A DNA stretch of 64,000 nucleotides from Paraspadella gotoi (lineage: Eukaryota; Animalia; Chaetognatha). Below the pieces are notes generated by a model. That model was not told the origin of the DNA and ran no database searches. It worked only from the letters and a program-made list of their open reading frames with translations. The DNA is taken from positions 1,471,923-1,535,922 of the forward strand of contig CM119264.1 in assembly GCA_051294375.1 (NCBI GenBank). Reading direction: 5' to 3'. Of this stretch, positions 11,862 to 40,696 are shown one piece after another. The translations under genes were made by a program, and so were the position numbers. Position 1 is the stretch's first letter. Each line of letters opens with the position of its first letter.

Positions 11862-12274
11862 AAGAAGAAATGAAACGCTTCGCATCTTCACGCTTTTTCC
11901 ATCACGAGCTTTTCTCATTGGCTATGAATCATTCAAAAGGTTTTCCCTTTCGAATATTTAGGTCAAACAGTTTATCTCATACTTTCCTTCTTTTTTTTTC
12001 GTTGACTCGTCACACAAGAGGGCGACGTGGGCGATTTGCCGGTTCAGCTCGTCTTTGCCGGTGCAGTGGCTGTCTCTCGCCATTCCTGCCACACCTCGTT
12101 AACGAATTGCCATTAAAAACGCCATATATATTCCCTATAATGCCTGTTACATCCGCGTTCGACATCCCTCCATGCTTTTTCTCCTACTTTTTCCGCGACA
12201 TTTAACTCGCGTTGCGTCGAACATCGAGACAACGTGCATGACTCCTTTTGCCTCCTTCTCTGTGCTCAACTGGC

Positions 12275-12510
12275 TTTAGACCAAAAGAGACTGACCATAG
12301 ATCACAGGCCACAGACCACAAGAGACTGACCACAGAACACTGAACACAGAACACTGGCCCTAGACAACAAGAGACTGACCACGGAACACTGGCCACAGAC
12401 CACAAGAGGGTGACCACAGAACACTGGCCACAGACCACAAGAGACTGAACACAGGATCACAGCCCACAACTCACAAGACAATGACCACAGATCACAGGCC
12501 AATTACCACA
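12275..12510. repeat. Minisatellite (gaccacagaacactggccacagaccacaagagact-like, ~35 bp, degenerate)
   Basis: Direct inspection; it explains the Cys/Val/Ser-rich spurious ORFs. Confidence 0.85.
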
Positions 12511-12554
12511 CGAAATAAAATATCGTACATTCTCTTTTGTTGCTAACATCACCT

Positions 12555-12789
12555 GTGAAGAGACAGTAATTATTGATAAGTGTTAATGACAGAACCGTTT
12601 AATATAAGCAGTCCCTGAGCTTCGGATCAGGCTGTAACACCATGTTACAGGCGGGTTAAGCGCCCCGTCCCTCTTAACTGCCAGACGACCACCGGGCTAG
12701 AACCCCGGACCTTTGGGTTGGGAGGCGAATGACTTGCCTCCGGCACCAATGGCCGCTGATGAATGGTTGGTGGATTTTAGTCCACCATA
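12555..12789 (-). mobile_element. tRNA-derived SINE, longest uninterrupted copy
   Basis: Reverse complement of the 10670 copy plus a 3' body (ctgtaac-accat-gttacag hairpin; gtgaagagacagtaattattgataag) shared with the 16967-17756 copy. Confidence 0.75.
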
Positions 12790-13328
12790 CCTGTAAATAA
12801 AAACACGCAATCAGTCGCTACCTATTCTCATCTATGTTTCTATGTAAAATCCCAGCTATTTACTCACTTTAATACAATCGAAACATTCTTTCAAATAGTA
12901 TGCCACTTCATTGATAGGGAAGCCAGGTACTCTTGGAGTGAGTAAACGATTCTGTGAGAGTTTTGATTGAACGCTTGCGATAGTCTATGTTATTATCTTG
13001 TAAAAGTAAAACACCAAAGACTGTCTAATGTCAAGGTCAAGTTAGCTTAATGGATAATTTTTAAATTGGTTGTACTTGTACCAATTTTTTAACAAATTAT
13101 AATGCTCTAATACTATTAATGCTCAACTTTAACTTTCTCCAACGCTTAACTCTAAATAGATCAATCGACTCCATCCCCGCCCTCACACACAGTCCACTCC
13201 TTTTCCACACAAAACGTCGAAATGGCGCTCAATCGCTCGCAAAAAGCATCGAGAGATCTCAACCCAAAAAAGCGGCTTACATTTTCGTCGATTCTCGCCG
13301 CTCATCGTCTCGCTATCACTAGCGCCTC

Positions 13329-13383
<55 letters not shown>

Positions 13384-13521
13384 CTCTCTCACACACACGC
13401 CCCCCTTTCCTCATTTGGCCTCCGGAAGTATTTCGGCGACATAATCCTCTTTTCTCTCACTGACTCACTTTCACACAAGAAGGTTGTGAGACACGTCAGT
13501 GGCTTGCTTGGCTGATTGGTT

Positions 13522-13558
<37 letters not shown>

Positions 13559-13731
13559 TTTCTTTCTTTCTTTTTCTTTTTCTTTTCTTTTCTTTCTTTA
13601 TTTCCTTCATTTGTTATTCCTCTTCTTTTTTTCATTTTGTATTTATCGCTCTTTTTATCCACTCCCACCTCTCTCGGGTCTGCTTTTTCCTCTCCCTGCA
13701 TCTCTCTCTCTCTCCTCTTCTCTCTTTCTCT

Positions 13732-13762
<31 letters not shown>

Positions 13763-14802
13763 CTCTCTCTCTCTCTCCTCTCTCTTTCTCCACCCGTCCC
13801 TCTTCTCCTCAACTCAATGACCTCGACAGGCAAACCGCACGAGTCTCCAGATTGTGGTTCCAAGTGAAGAATCTTTCGTCTTCTCAAATGCAGAGAGCAG
13901 AGGTGAGAGAGGAAGAGAGAAGAGAGGAGAAGGAAGAGAGGACGAGAGATGAGAGAGAGAGAGAGAGTAGGAGAGAGAGTATTGAATCGATTGTTGTCAT
14001 GGTAACCGTTTGTTGCCTCCGAGGCCACCGGAGAACGATGCCCCCTCGATTGGTGAGAAGAAGAAAAGATGGATGGAGGAAAGGAAAGGGAGGAAAGGAG
14101 AGGGAGGTAAGAAGAGGGAATAAAGGAAAGGTAGGAAAGAAAAGGGAAAAAAGGAAAGGGGGGAAAGGAAAGGGATGAAAGGAGAGAGAATAAAGGAAAG
14201 GGAGGAAAGGAGATGGAGGAAGAGAGGAGAGGGAGGAAAGGAGAGGAAGAAAAGGAAAGGGAGGAAAAATGAATGAAGAAAACGAGGAAGTGAGAAGGAT
14301 ATAAAGAAAAACAAAACAACTTTTAAAATATGAAACTTCTTAAAGATAAAGAGAATTGTTAAGGATTGTGTTGACTTGATAAAAATTCATCTCACTTTTG
14401 TCTCATGATTTAAAACATAACAAACAACGAGTATTTTAATTCTGCAAATAAATACTTAAATCGTCTTTTGTCTAAATGTGCAAAATAAATGGGTGAAAAA
14501 ATATACGTGAAAAAAAAGTCAAATGACGAAAATCTCTCTCCAAAATAAAAAAAACCTCGTCGATATCAAAATTCAAAAAAGAGTTAAAATACAGCTAGCG
14601 CCGTAAATAGGACGTAGAGAAGGTTAAGACGGATGACTACAACAACAACAACAAATGCAAAATATTAAACTGAAATTAATTGAACGGGAGCTGAAAAAAA
14701 TTTAATTCCTGGACTCCCTGCCAATGTCTCACTCTCTCACTCTCTCTCTCTCTCTTTCTCTCTGCGCAGAAAATGTTTCCCGCGCAGCTTTTCGGCGAAA
14801 GA

Positions 14803-14845
<43 letters not shown>

Positions 14846-15279
14846 GAGAGGAGGAGGAGAAGATGTGGGAGAGAGGAGGAGAGGAGAAGAGAGAGAGAAA
14901 GAGAGAGGAGAGAGGGAGAGGAGAGAGAGAGAGAGACAAATGTCTTTTGAGAATTTACAAACGATCATTAGTCTCAGCGTCTCTAGAATCGATGTGAGCG
15001 TCGAGGGCCTTTATGAGAAGATGGATCTCGTGGGAATGTTTTGGGAGGCAGAGGGCGGAGGATACGGGAACAAGAAGAGACAGAGAGGAGAGTAGGACGA
15101 GAAGAGAGAGAGAGAGAGGAGAGAGAAGAGGAGAGGAGAGAGAGTGGGAGTGGACGAAGATTAAATGGACCGAAATATGAGCTGCAAACTTCGCTTGGTA
15201 TTTACAGAAGGACCGTTTAATTTCCTGTCGCTTTGGAAACGTCGACGACGACGACAACGATGACGAGATGACAGAAGAT

Positions 15280-15311
<32 letters not shown>

Positions 15312-15502
15312 CCGCGTTTTTGGGAAAAAAAATTTCATCTTTAGATTCAAAAACAATTAATGAGCGAGAAAATAATGAATTTTTGCGGCGATAAACGGAT
15401 TTAGCGAGATTTCTCACATCGAAGACGCAAGTTTCTCGCTAAATCGAGACTTTAAAATGGCTAAATCGCAAAATCGGGTCCATCGTCCGTCGTCGTACTC
15501 AC

Positions 15503-18146
<2,644 letters not shown>

Positions 18147-18386
18147 CTGGCGGGGGGGAGAGAAAAAAAAGTTGACAGAGAGAGACAGAGAGAGAGTGAG
18201 AGAGAGGAGAGAGAGAGAGAGAGAGAGAAGGAGAGAGAGAGAGAGAGAGAGAGAGAGGAGGAGAGAGAGAGAGAGAGAGGTTGACAGTTGCGGAGGGAAA
18301 AGTTTGTAAAGAAAAGTTGGAATATCGCAAGAAAGAGAGAGAGAGATAGAGAAAGAGAGAAGAGAGAGAGAGGAGGAGAGAGAGAG

Positions 18387-18417
<31 letters not shown>

Positions 18418-18501
18418 AGAGATTGAAAGTATATATTATACTGTACTGTATTCAAGCACAAAATACTGTGACAAGCTTAGAATAACTAAATTGACTCTCT
18501 C

Positions 18502-18538
<37 letters not shown>

Positions 18539-19232
18539 CATCACGCATAAAACGGGGTAAATTTTTCGCAACCGAGGTAAACAAAAAGATTACAGAATCT
18601 TCTTTACCGTTTTTTTTAAATTTAAGATTTTTTTTTCAGGATTCTTTTTTCTTTATTTTTTTTCCCCGAAATTTTTTTTCAAGAATTCATTCCTAATTAC
18701 TAAGGCTTTTATTAAATAATCTATACAAAATATCGAAATTGGTTTATTTCTTTAAAACCTTGCATTCAAAATTCAAGTCATTGCTATGGTAAGAAAGAAA
18801 AGAGTAAGAGAGAGGTGGAAGCAGAAGTAGAAAGACTTCGTCGTCGTCTTCGTCGTTGTATTCGTCATCTTTTATCATCGTCGTTTTCGCCTGAAGTATT
18901 TGAGCTTCCAAACCACCGTCAAACCAGAGTCATCAGAATATTCGGAAATCTGAAATTTATGATATAAGTAAAAAAAAAAAGGTAAAACAGTTAAATTCTT
19001 CTTAAGGATTTTCTGTAAAACTGTTCTCATTTCGTGCGGGCATACCTGAGACATATCCATGAATTCTAGTAACGAGTTGAAAGGTCTTTTCATCCTCTTG
19101 AATTCGCCGTATGCGAACGAAAAATTTGTTCAGGGAAAATCAATAAAACGAAGAAAAGATCACTGAAATCGCGAATCCAACGCGGTAAACGTTTAAACTA
19201 TTCCTTTTCGGTTTTACCCAGTTTTATGCGTG

Positions 19233-19269
<37 letters not shown>

Positions 19270-19926
19270 ATTTGTGTCGTAACGTCTTTCTCGATTTTAC
19301 AGTTTCGAATTCTCAACTCGAATCTAAAATATCACGCGCTGACGTCATTAGCTCCAGTTTCAAAATTCGAATTTCGTCAATTTTTGGACAAAAAAAAACG
19401 AAAAAAATATCGAATGAAATTAAATATGAATAATCGATTCTTCATTTTGGTTCACAATTTTACATTTTTTTTGTTTAAAATTTAATTTTACGATCCTTAA
19501 AAAAATAAATTTTAAATAAAAATCGTTTTTAATTCAAACTTTTTTAAAATTTTGTTTACAAAATCAATTTAAACTTAATCTAAACCGAAACCTTACTCCA
19601 AAGTAGCATTTTAGCTTAATTCGCTTTAAACTTTCCAGCCGTCGAATATTTTGTCTTCTTGTTCAACCTTAATTAAATCCAAAGAATAAAAGACCGGCGA
19701 AAAATAAATTAAAAAAGTTCTAAATATTATTAAATTATTAAATTATTAATTTATATTAACTTATATTATAAAATTACCCGCCCAATATTTTTTTGTGATC
19801 GCGAATCGAAATGAAAAACTCGTGATTTAAAGAATCAAAATTTTTGAGAGCCCCCAGCCCTTCCCCTCCCCACACACAAAAAAAGAAAGAAAAAAACCCA
19901 ACACTGACTCCATCTCGTAAACGGAA

Positions 19927-31743
<11,817 letters not shown>

Positions 31744-31751
31744 ATAGAAGG

Positions 31752-31853
31752 GATATACAATGGAGATATCGACGTAAAAATGGAAGAGAGATACAACAGA
31801 GATATCGACGTAAAAATGGAAGAGAGATACAACAGAGATATCGACGTAAAAAT
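31752..31853 (+). repeat. Three copies of a 36-bp unit immediately 3' of the GLYCTK stop codon
   Basis: gatacaacagagatatcgacgtaaaaatggaagaga repeated. Confidence 0.9.
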
Positions 31854-32101
31854 GATTGAAAAACGTGAACATTAATTTTGTTTGCTTTGCGATGTTTTAA
31901 ATTTTCTTTTTTTTCCGCGGTAATAATTAAAAGTTCTTTTATACTCATTTTCATGTTTAAATTTGTAGACCGTGAGGCAAAAATTAACCAAAGAGACCTA
32001 TTAATTAATAATTCTCTTTCTTAGATAATTTTCTTCCTCTCTTTTACTTCTGAAGGGAAACACAATCTTTTGACTGAGCGGTAATAATGATTCCGAGTCT
32101 C

Positions 32102-32166
<65 letters not shown>

Positions 32167-32444
32167 ACCGGCTCTTAATGGACGGAAAGGAAGCAATTTT
32201 TTCGGTGAGTCGCCGGAAATCGTCACGAGTCCGACCGCCCCCCTCGCCGGCCCCCCTGAGACCGGAACGCCCGGCGGCCGATTTACCGGCTGCCCTCTCA
32301 GTGTACGACCCCTAGCGTCACTCTCTCTCTCTCTCTCTTTCTCTCTATTGTCGTCGTTTCCTTCTCAATCTGTGACAGTGACTCTCTCTCTCTCTCCCTA
32401 ACCTGTTGTTCACTTGTTTTCTATTCACGCGTCACCGCTTTTTA

Positions 32445-32466
32445 GTCACGTGACGTCGCGACGTCA
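32445..32466. promoter_or_regulatory. Overlapping palindromic E-box (GTCACGTGAC) and 16-bp palindrome TGACGTCGCGACGTCA (paired CRE-like sites) upstream of a CpG-rich candidate minus-strand exon
   Basis: The motifs are read directly; a regulatory function is inferred from their position beside CpG-rich 32169-32320, which ends in a minus-strand donor G|GTGAGA. Confidence 0.45.
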
Positions 32467-34422
32467 TAAATTTTACTTTTCTTTTCTATTCTTTTCTTTC
32501 CTCCCTCTCTCCTCTTAATTTCTTTCCTTTCCTCCGCCTTCCTCCTCATTTATTTTATTTTCTCCCTCTTTCCTCTTTATTTCTTTTCTTTCCTCTCTCT
32601 TTCCTCTATTTTTATTTCTTTCCTCCCTCTCTTCTCTTTATTTCTTTCCTTTCCTCTTGCTTTCCTCCTCATTTCTTATCTTTCCTCCCTCTTTTCTTTT
32701 TATTTCTTTCCTTTCCTCCCTCTCTCCTCTTTATTTCTTTTCTTTCCTCCGGCTTTCCTCCTCATTTCATTTCTTTACTCCCTCTTTTCTCTTTATTTCT
32801 TTTCTTTCTTCCCTTTCCTCTTTTTTTCCTTCTTTTTCCTCGGCCTTATTTGTATTCTCGTCCAGTCGGTCCTTCGCTCATTCCAACGATCGTTCTCTCA
32901 TTTCTGCCCATTTTCCCTCCTCCCATTTTTGCGACCATGACGCCCCCCCCTGCCGCCCCCACCTCCGATTTCGGACATCTCCTTTTTTCTAAACTCCTCC
33001 CCAATCCGCTCAAATAATCTCTTTTCTTTCCTTTTTTTCCCATCCGAATCAAACTCGAGAAATTCCTAGTTTCTTTTCTATTTTTCCTCTTATTTTCTTC
33101 TCTTTTCTTTTCTATTCCATTTACACTTTTCTTTTATTTTCTATTTTTAATTTTCTTCTCTTTTCTTAGCTATTCTCTACACTTTTTTTTCTTTTCTATT
33201 CTTTTCTATTTAGAAATTTCTCGTTTTTTTTTATATTTTTACTTTTATCCTATTTCTCTTTTCTTTTCTATTCTTGACACCTTCTTTTCTTTTCTATTTT
33301 TCATCTTCTTCTCTTTACTTGTCTTTTTATTTGCTTTATTCTCTGTTGTTTTCTTTCCTTTTTATTAATTAATTAATTAATTAATTAATGTCCGTCGTTT
33401 TTGGTTTTTTTTTCCTTTTAATAAAAGTGTGTAAAATATGATTACGAACGACGTTTTCTCATTCAGTACTAGCGTACTACCCTCTTTTATTTTCTCTTTC
33501 TTTTTTTCTATTAATTTTCTTCCATTATTTTGAACATTTTTTTTTTAGTTTTCCCTCAATTTGTTACGCGATGATTTTATGATTTTTTTCTTTTCTTTTT
33601 TTCTTTTCTTCTCTTGTTATTTTAATCTCGTGCGAATCTTAGCCTTTTTCGTTTCCGCCTCTCTCTCTCTAAACGTTTCCTCTTCGTAGTTTCTTCCTAC
33701 AGAAAGAAAATTGTTTTTTATTTGTTTTTTTTTTCTTTCTAAGTTTCGCTTCGTTTCTTTTCGTTCCCCATCATTATTTTCTTATTTCTTTTCTTCTTTT
33801 ATTTTCCTCCACGATGTTCTTTTTTTTTTACAGACTCTTTGGCCATTCCATTCTTCTCTTCTCTGTCTCTCTCTCTCTCTCTACATCTCTTTATCTTTCT
33901 ATTTCTCTTTCTCTCCGTTATTTATCTTTCTTTCTACTTCAAGGAAATTTATTTCCACTTTCCTTTCTTGATTTTCTTTTCTTTCCTCACTCCTCAACCA
34001 CTCTTTTATTTTCTTTCCTCTTTCCACCACCCCTCTTTCCTTTTTTTCTCCCTCCTCCACTCCTCTTTTCTTTTCTTTCTTCCCTCCCCACCCCTCTTTT
34101 CTTTTCTTTCTTCCCTCCCCCACCCCTCTTTTCTTTTCTTTCTTCGCTCCTCCACCTCTCTCTTCTTTCTGCTGACCAATCTTCTTCACAAATCATCTCA
34201 AGTTCCTTGGAGACAAAGAACGTGGATCTGCAATTTGAATTTTTGGTCAACTGTTGCTGTCAGTAATTCTTTCTGATCATTGTCACCCGACATATAAATG
34301 AAGGAAAATGTCAATTTGAAGTAGCCTTTAAATGGCGGACACTGTCGCAGCATTTTTCATGACGGTGAGAACAATTGCTGCATTCAAAAGCCGGGAACTG
34401 TAGCACCATTTTAATGTGAGCC

Positions 34423-34576
<154 letters not shown>

Positions 34577-36689
34577 GCATCAGCGTCTGAACGAATCCAA
34601 GCAAAACGAGATTCTTCGATTGAATGAATTTCAATGAAAATCGTTGGACCAAATCTTAAAAGAAAATAATAATAAAAGAGATCGTGATATTAGAATAATA
34701 CATAATACATATTATCATATACGTTTACTTATACTGTACAAAAATTAAAAACTTTCTCTGACCATTTAATCGCGCATATGCGTGATTTGATTTGATTTGA
34801 TTTGAACTGACCCCCTCGTTAAAGTGCATCGACCCCAACCTTTGACCTCACCTTCACCGAGAATTGAACTGACCATCTTGGGGTCAAGGGGCGGTGGTGT
34901 AGGACCCCTTACCCTCTGACCCCCCCTTCCGCACACTCGGAAATTTCCGTATAGGCTTATTTCTTCTCACTCAGAATAATCAAAGGATTTAGGAACATTA
35001 AGGCCCTGGACTCGGGAGAAAGTTGGGGAGGAAAGGAAAGGAGAAGAAACGGAGGAAAAGAAAAATAAAGAGGAAGAAAAAGAAGAGAAAAAGGAGGAAA
35101 GAAAGGGAAAGAAAAGGAGGAAAGGAAAGAAAAAAGGAAGAAGAGGAGAAATAAATGGAGGAAAAGAAAGGAGAAGAAAAGGTGGCAAGGAAATAAAAAG
35201 AGGAAGAAGAGAAATAAAAGAAAAGAAAAGAAGGAGAAGAAAAAGAGAAAAAGAAACAAAAAGAGGAAAAAGAAGAGAAATTAAGGGAAAAAAAAGAAGA
35301 AAAAGAAAAGGAGGAAGAAGAGAAAGAGTAGTAGGAAATTAAGGAAGAGGAAGAAAAGAAAAAGCGAGGAGAAGAGGAGGAGGAGGAGGAGGAGGAGGAG
35401 GAGAAAAAGGGAAAAAAGAAAAAGAAAGAAGGGAGGAGGGGAAAGAAAAAAAGAAAGAAGAAAAGTATTAAGATTAAAAACCGCAAATAAACTTAAAAAA
35501 CAAAAAAAGATAGAAAAAAGGAAAAAGTAAAGTCCGCCTCCAGATTCTTGATGTCGCAATAAGATCTGATGGACGAAACTATTGGCTCAGAATTGATGGG
35601 AGATGTAAGCCGATGTGATGAGTTTTTGGGAGACAATCATAAAAAATAAAAAATGTATATTTTGGCTAAAAATAGTATTATTATTGATATTTTTCCTTCT
35701 GGTCTAGCCGGTATTGCGTTGGTGGGAATCTATTTTTTTCTCTTGTGAAAGAGAAAAAAAACGATCAACGATTTTAAGAAAGAGAAGAAAAAGGAAGAGG
35801 AGGAAAGAAAAGATTGAGGGGATTTTAAGGGGATGGTGGTAAAAAAATGGTATTTCACATTATAGATAAATGATTATTTGCTTTCTTTTTCAAGAGTGCC
35901 CCATTTATATTCTTTAATCCCTGAATTGAATTTAAACTGTAATATTTATATTAATTTTATTTATCTAAAAACCAATACCTAAACCTAATCCCCTTAACCC
36001 TAATTTAATCTTGAACCCCAACTTTAAACGCTTATCTTTAACCTTTAATCTTAAACGTTAGTTCCTAAGACAAATGCTCAATCACAAACTAAGTTAAGAT
36101 AAAATGGGGTGTTCTTGGAAAATAAGGCTGGAATTTATTTTGTTAGAGGTGGATAAAGATATAGGAAGTAATTAAAAAGAAAAAGAGAAAAAATGGAAAG
36201 AAGAGAAAAGAAAAGAAAAAAAGAAAAGAAAAGAAAAGAAAAGAAAAGAAAAGAAAAGAAAAGAAAAGATAGAGAAAGAAATAAAAAAATGAAAAGAAAA
36301 GTAAAGAAAAGAAAAGGGAAAAAAAGGAAAGGAAAGGAAAGGAAAGGAAAGGTGGGGAAAGGAAAGGAAAGGAAAGGAAAGGAAAGGAAAGGAAAGGAAA
36401 GGAAAGGAAAGATAAGAAATGAGGTGGATAAAGATATAGGAAGTAATGAAAAAGAAAAAGAGAAAAAAATGGAAAGAAGAGAAAAGAAAAGAAAAGAAAA
36501 GAAAAGGAAAGGAAAGAAAAAATAGAGAAAAGAAAAGAAAAGAAAGAGAAAGAAATAAAAAAAGAAAAGAACAAGAAAGAAAAGAAAAGAAAAGAAAAGA
36601 AAAGAAAAAAAAGAAAAAGAAAAGAAAAGAAAAGAAAAGAAAAGAAAAGAAAACAAAAGAAAAAGAAAAGAAAAGGAGGGACTAATCAG

Positions 36690-36906
36690 GAAAGTGTCCA
36701 AGGAATCTTCGGTTAATGGATCGAGCGATCCCAAGGGAGGTGGTTTGGGGGTCGGAGGTGGTTTGAGGTGGTTTAGGCGGGGTGGGGATTGGGACCAAGG
36801 GAGGGGGTAAGAGGGGAAAAAGAGGCAGATGGAGATGGAGATGGAAAGAGAGTAAAAAGGAGAAAGAAATGAGAAGAAATGGATATGACTTAATGATCCT
36901 AAACTG

Positions 36907-36939
<33 letters not shown>

Positions 36940-38341
36940 GTCTGGTTCTTTCTTCTCTCTTCTTCCCTCACGCCAAGATATTCTTCGGCCGGCATAAACC
37001 GCGAGTACCTACCAAATGCGGCGAAATAATTAAGACACCAAAGAGGCTGCGGGTCCCCGAGGGACATCTTTCTAGTCTCACGCTTTCCTGGGTTTCTCGT
37101 TCTTCTCTTCCTCTCTCTTCTCTTCTCTTCTGTTCTTCTTCTCTCCTCATCTCTCGTCTCTCTCTTCTCTCTCGTCCTCTCTCATCTCATCTCTCATCTC
37201 TTTCCTCTCTGATCCTCTCTCTTCTGTCCCTCCTCCATCTCTCATTTTTTCACCCTCTCCCACCATATTCACAATAATTAAAAATTTATTTTTCAAATTA
37301 AACAATTTTAATGTTATATTTAAATTAATTTTTCTGTCATTCATTCATTTAATATTCATATTTTTATCGTCAAAAGTATTACTGGCGTAAATAGAATCTA
37401 AATATTTTTTTGTTTTTTCAAAGTTTTATAAACTTTATTTTTATCATATACTTATTCTCTATATTCTCATCGAGATAATTTTATATCCCTCGTCAACCTT
37501 TCGTTGTTTTTTTGGTTCGCTTTTCTCTCTTCTTTTTTTTTATTCAAGCAAATTTGATGCAAAAATAAATTTAAAAATTGTGAACAATTTTTTGGGGGCT
37601 CCATTTTTTAGAGCATCTCTTGATTTTTTTGAAAGCGACAGCAGTTTTTTTATGAAATGTTTTTTTTTTCTTTTCTAATTTCTGGATTTTTCCTTTTTTT
37701 ATATTGTCATTTATTTATGCTATTTTGAAATGCTTGTTTCTGTTTTTATTTTCCCATGCAAGTTGCTTAATCTCCATCCTTTCTATTTTATTTTTCCTCT
37801 TTTTTTTCTTCTAATAACTAACGGTCCGCTCAAAGGAGGTTTATTATTTAGGTTGAAACAAATTAGAAAGGTAATGTATGAAATAGAGAGACTAAATCCA
37901 AAAAAATTAACACTAGAGATAGTAGTCTGGAGTATGAAAGGTCTAAAGAAGGTGAAAGGTAGAGGAATGGGAAACGAAATGTACAAATAACAAACGAAGA
38001 GATTCAAACGAACCTAACCTGGAAATTAGCATGAACACGAACAAACGAGAAACCAAACTTACCTAAAAATGAACCGAACGAAGGAAGGAATGAAGAACTA
38101 ACCGAAAGATAGGGAACGAAACCGAACTTAATCAGAAAATTGCGTTGATTGTAAACGATAGAGAAGAATATTCGAAAAAAAAAAAAAAAGAAGAGAAAGA
38201 AGGAAAACATCGTTAATTCAAAGAGGACTAATGCGGAATAGAGGAACGCGGCTATTAGGAGATTTGTTGAGATAAGGGGGGGAGAGGGAGAAGAGAGAGG
38301 GATGAGGAAAGAGAGAGAGAGAGAGGAGAGAAGAGAGAGGA

Positions 38342-38374
<33 letters not shown>

Positions 38375-40460
38375 GAGAGGAGAGGAGAGAGAGAGAGGAG
38401 AAGAGGAGAGAGAGAGAGAAAGAGAGGAAACCAGGAAAAGCCGTGAGACAGAGAGATTGTCCCTCGGGATCCGCAAGCTCTGGTGTCTTGAGTTATTTCG
38501 GCATTGTGTGAGACTCATGTCGGTTTATGGGCCGAAGAAACTATCTTGGGTGAGGGAAGAAGAGAGAGAAGAACCAGAAGAGAGAGAGAGAGAGAGAGGA
38601 GCAGTTTTAAGATCGAGTTAAGGTACATGATGCCATTTTCTTCTCAATTTCTTTTCTCCTTTTTACTCTCTTCCATCTCCATCTCCATCTGCCTACTTTT
38701 TCCCCTCTTACCCCTCCCTTGGTCCCAATCTCGCCACGCAGGCCGCCTAAACCACCCTCAAACACCTCCTGACCCCCAAACTACCTCCCTTGGGATCGCT
38801 CGATCCATTAACAGCGAAGATTCCTTGGGACTTTCCTGATTAGTCCCTCCTTTTCTTTTCTTTTTCTTTGTTTTCTTTTCTTCCTTTTTTTTTTTTTTTT
38901 TTTTTTTTTCTCTTGCTTTTTCTTTTTCTTTTCTATTCTCTTTTTTTCTTTTCTTTTCTTCTTTTTCTTTTTTTTTCTTTTCTTTTTTCTTCTGTTCTTG
39001 TTTCTGTGTCTGTATTGTCGGTTGATNNNNNNNNNNNNNNNNNNNNNNNNNAAAAAAGAAAGAGATTCCAAAGGAATCTCGGTAATCGGATCGAGCGATC
39101 CCAAGGGAGGTAGGTTTGGGGGTCGGAGGTGGTTTGAGGTGGTTTAGGAGCGGGTGGGGATTGGGACCAAGGGAGGGGGTAAGAGGGGAAAAAGAGGCAG
39201 ATGGAGATGGAGATGGAAAGAGAGTAAAAAGGAGAAAGAAATGAGAAGAAAATGGATATGACTTAATGATCCTAAACTGTCTCTCTCGTCATCTTATCCT
39301 CTCTTCTCTCTTCTGGTTCTTTCTCTCTCTTCTTCCCTACGCCAAGATAGTTTGCTTCGGCCGGCATAATACCGACTGAGTCTCACACAATGCGCGAAAT
39401 AATCTGAAGACACCAAGAGGCTTGCGGATCGCCCGAGGGACAATCTCTTCTAGTCTCACGCTTTCCTGGTTTCTCTCTTTCTCTCTCTCTCTCCTCTTCT
39501 GCTCTCTTTTCTTCTCTCTCCTATCTCTCTCTCTCTCTTCTTCTCTCTCCTCCTCTCTTTCCTCCTCTCTCTCTCTCTCTTTCTCTACTGATTCCTTCTC
39601 TTCTCTCCCGTGCCTCGTCATCTCTCCATCAATTTTTTCACCCTCGTCCCACCATATTCAAATATTAAAATTTATTTTTCAATTAATCATTTATTTATAT
39701 TTAATTATATTTTTTCATTCATTCATTTATCAATTTTTATCGTCAAAAGTATTACTGCGTAAAAGAATCTAAATATTTTTTTTATTTTTAAGTTTTAACT
39801 TTATTTTTTATCATATATTATTCTCATATTCTCATCGAGATAATTTATACCCGTCAACCTTTCTTTTTTTTTCCTTTTCTCTTCTTTTTTTTTATTCAAA
39901 GACAAATTTGATGCAAAAAAATTAAAAATTGTGACAATTTTTTGGGGGCACATTTTTAGCATCTCTTGATTTTTTGAACGAAGCAGTTTTTTTATGAATT
40001 TTTTTTTTCTTTTCTATTTCTGATTTTTACTTTTTTATTTGTCATTTATTTATCTATTTTGATTTGTTTCGTTTTTATTTCATCAATTCTTAATCTTCAT
40101 CCTTTTATTTTTTTCCCTTTTTCTCTAATAACTAACGTCCGCTCAAGGAAGTTATATTTAAGTTGAACAAATTAAGGTAATTATGAATAAGACAACAAAA
40201 AATAAACCAGAAAGAAATAAAGGCTAAGAGAAGTAAGGAACGAAACGAAAGTACAAACAAACGAAAGATCAAACGAACTAACTGGAAATAGAATGAACGA
40301 ACAAACGAACAAACAAACTTACTAATGAACGAACGAAGGAAGGAATGAACGAACTAACGAAAGAAGGAACGAACGAACTTATCAGAAATGCGTTGATTAA
40401 ACGATAGAGAAAAATCGAAAAAAACAAAAGAGAGAAGAAGGAAAAAAAATCGTTAATCAG
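36690..40460. repeat. Redundant indel-rich copies of one ~1.5 kb segment (36690-38220 direct to 39065-40460; 38280-38960 inverted; another at 52095-52810)
   Basis: gatcgagcgatcccaagggagg.. occurs at 36719, 39089 and as reverse complement at ~38785. The copies differ mainly by 1-nt indels and flank 25-N gaps. Confidence 0.9.
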
Positions 40461-40631
40461 GCGACGAGCGAGAAAAGAGATGCGTAGCTTCGAGTGTCGC
40501 CCGTCGAAGTCTTTTTGTTTGAATAGAACCGAGAGACTCTAATATGCAAATGAGATTATTGTTCAAAAGAGGAAAAGATAAAAGAAAAAAGAAATGAGAG
40601 TGTTGGTTAGTGAGGGTGAGTGAAAAAGGGT

Positions 40632-40696
<65 letters not shown>

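Noticed and set aside
13471-15356. ORFs rich in SL/ER/RK, including LLVPVSSALCLPKHSHEIHLLIKALDAH
   Set aside because: Dominated by (CT)n/(GA)n; no domain or convincing splice sites in the short complex parts.
34180-34415. Coding-like island between microsatellites
   Set aside because: Stops in all frames within short distances and no recognisable motif.
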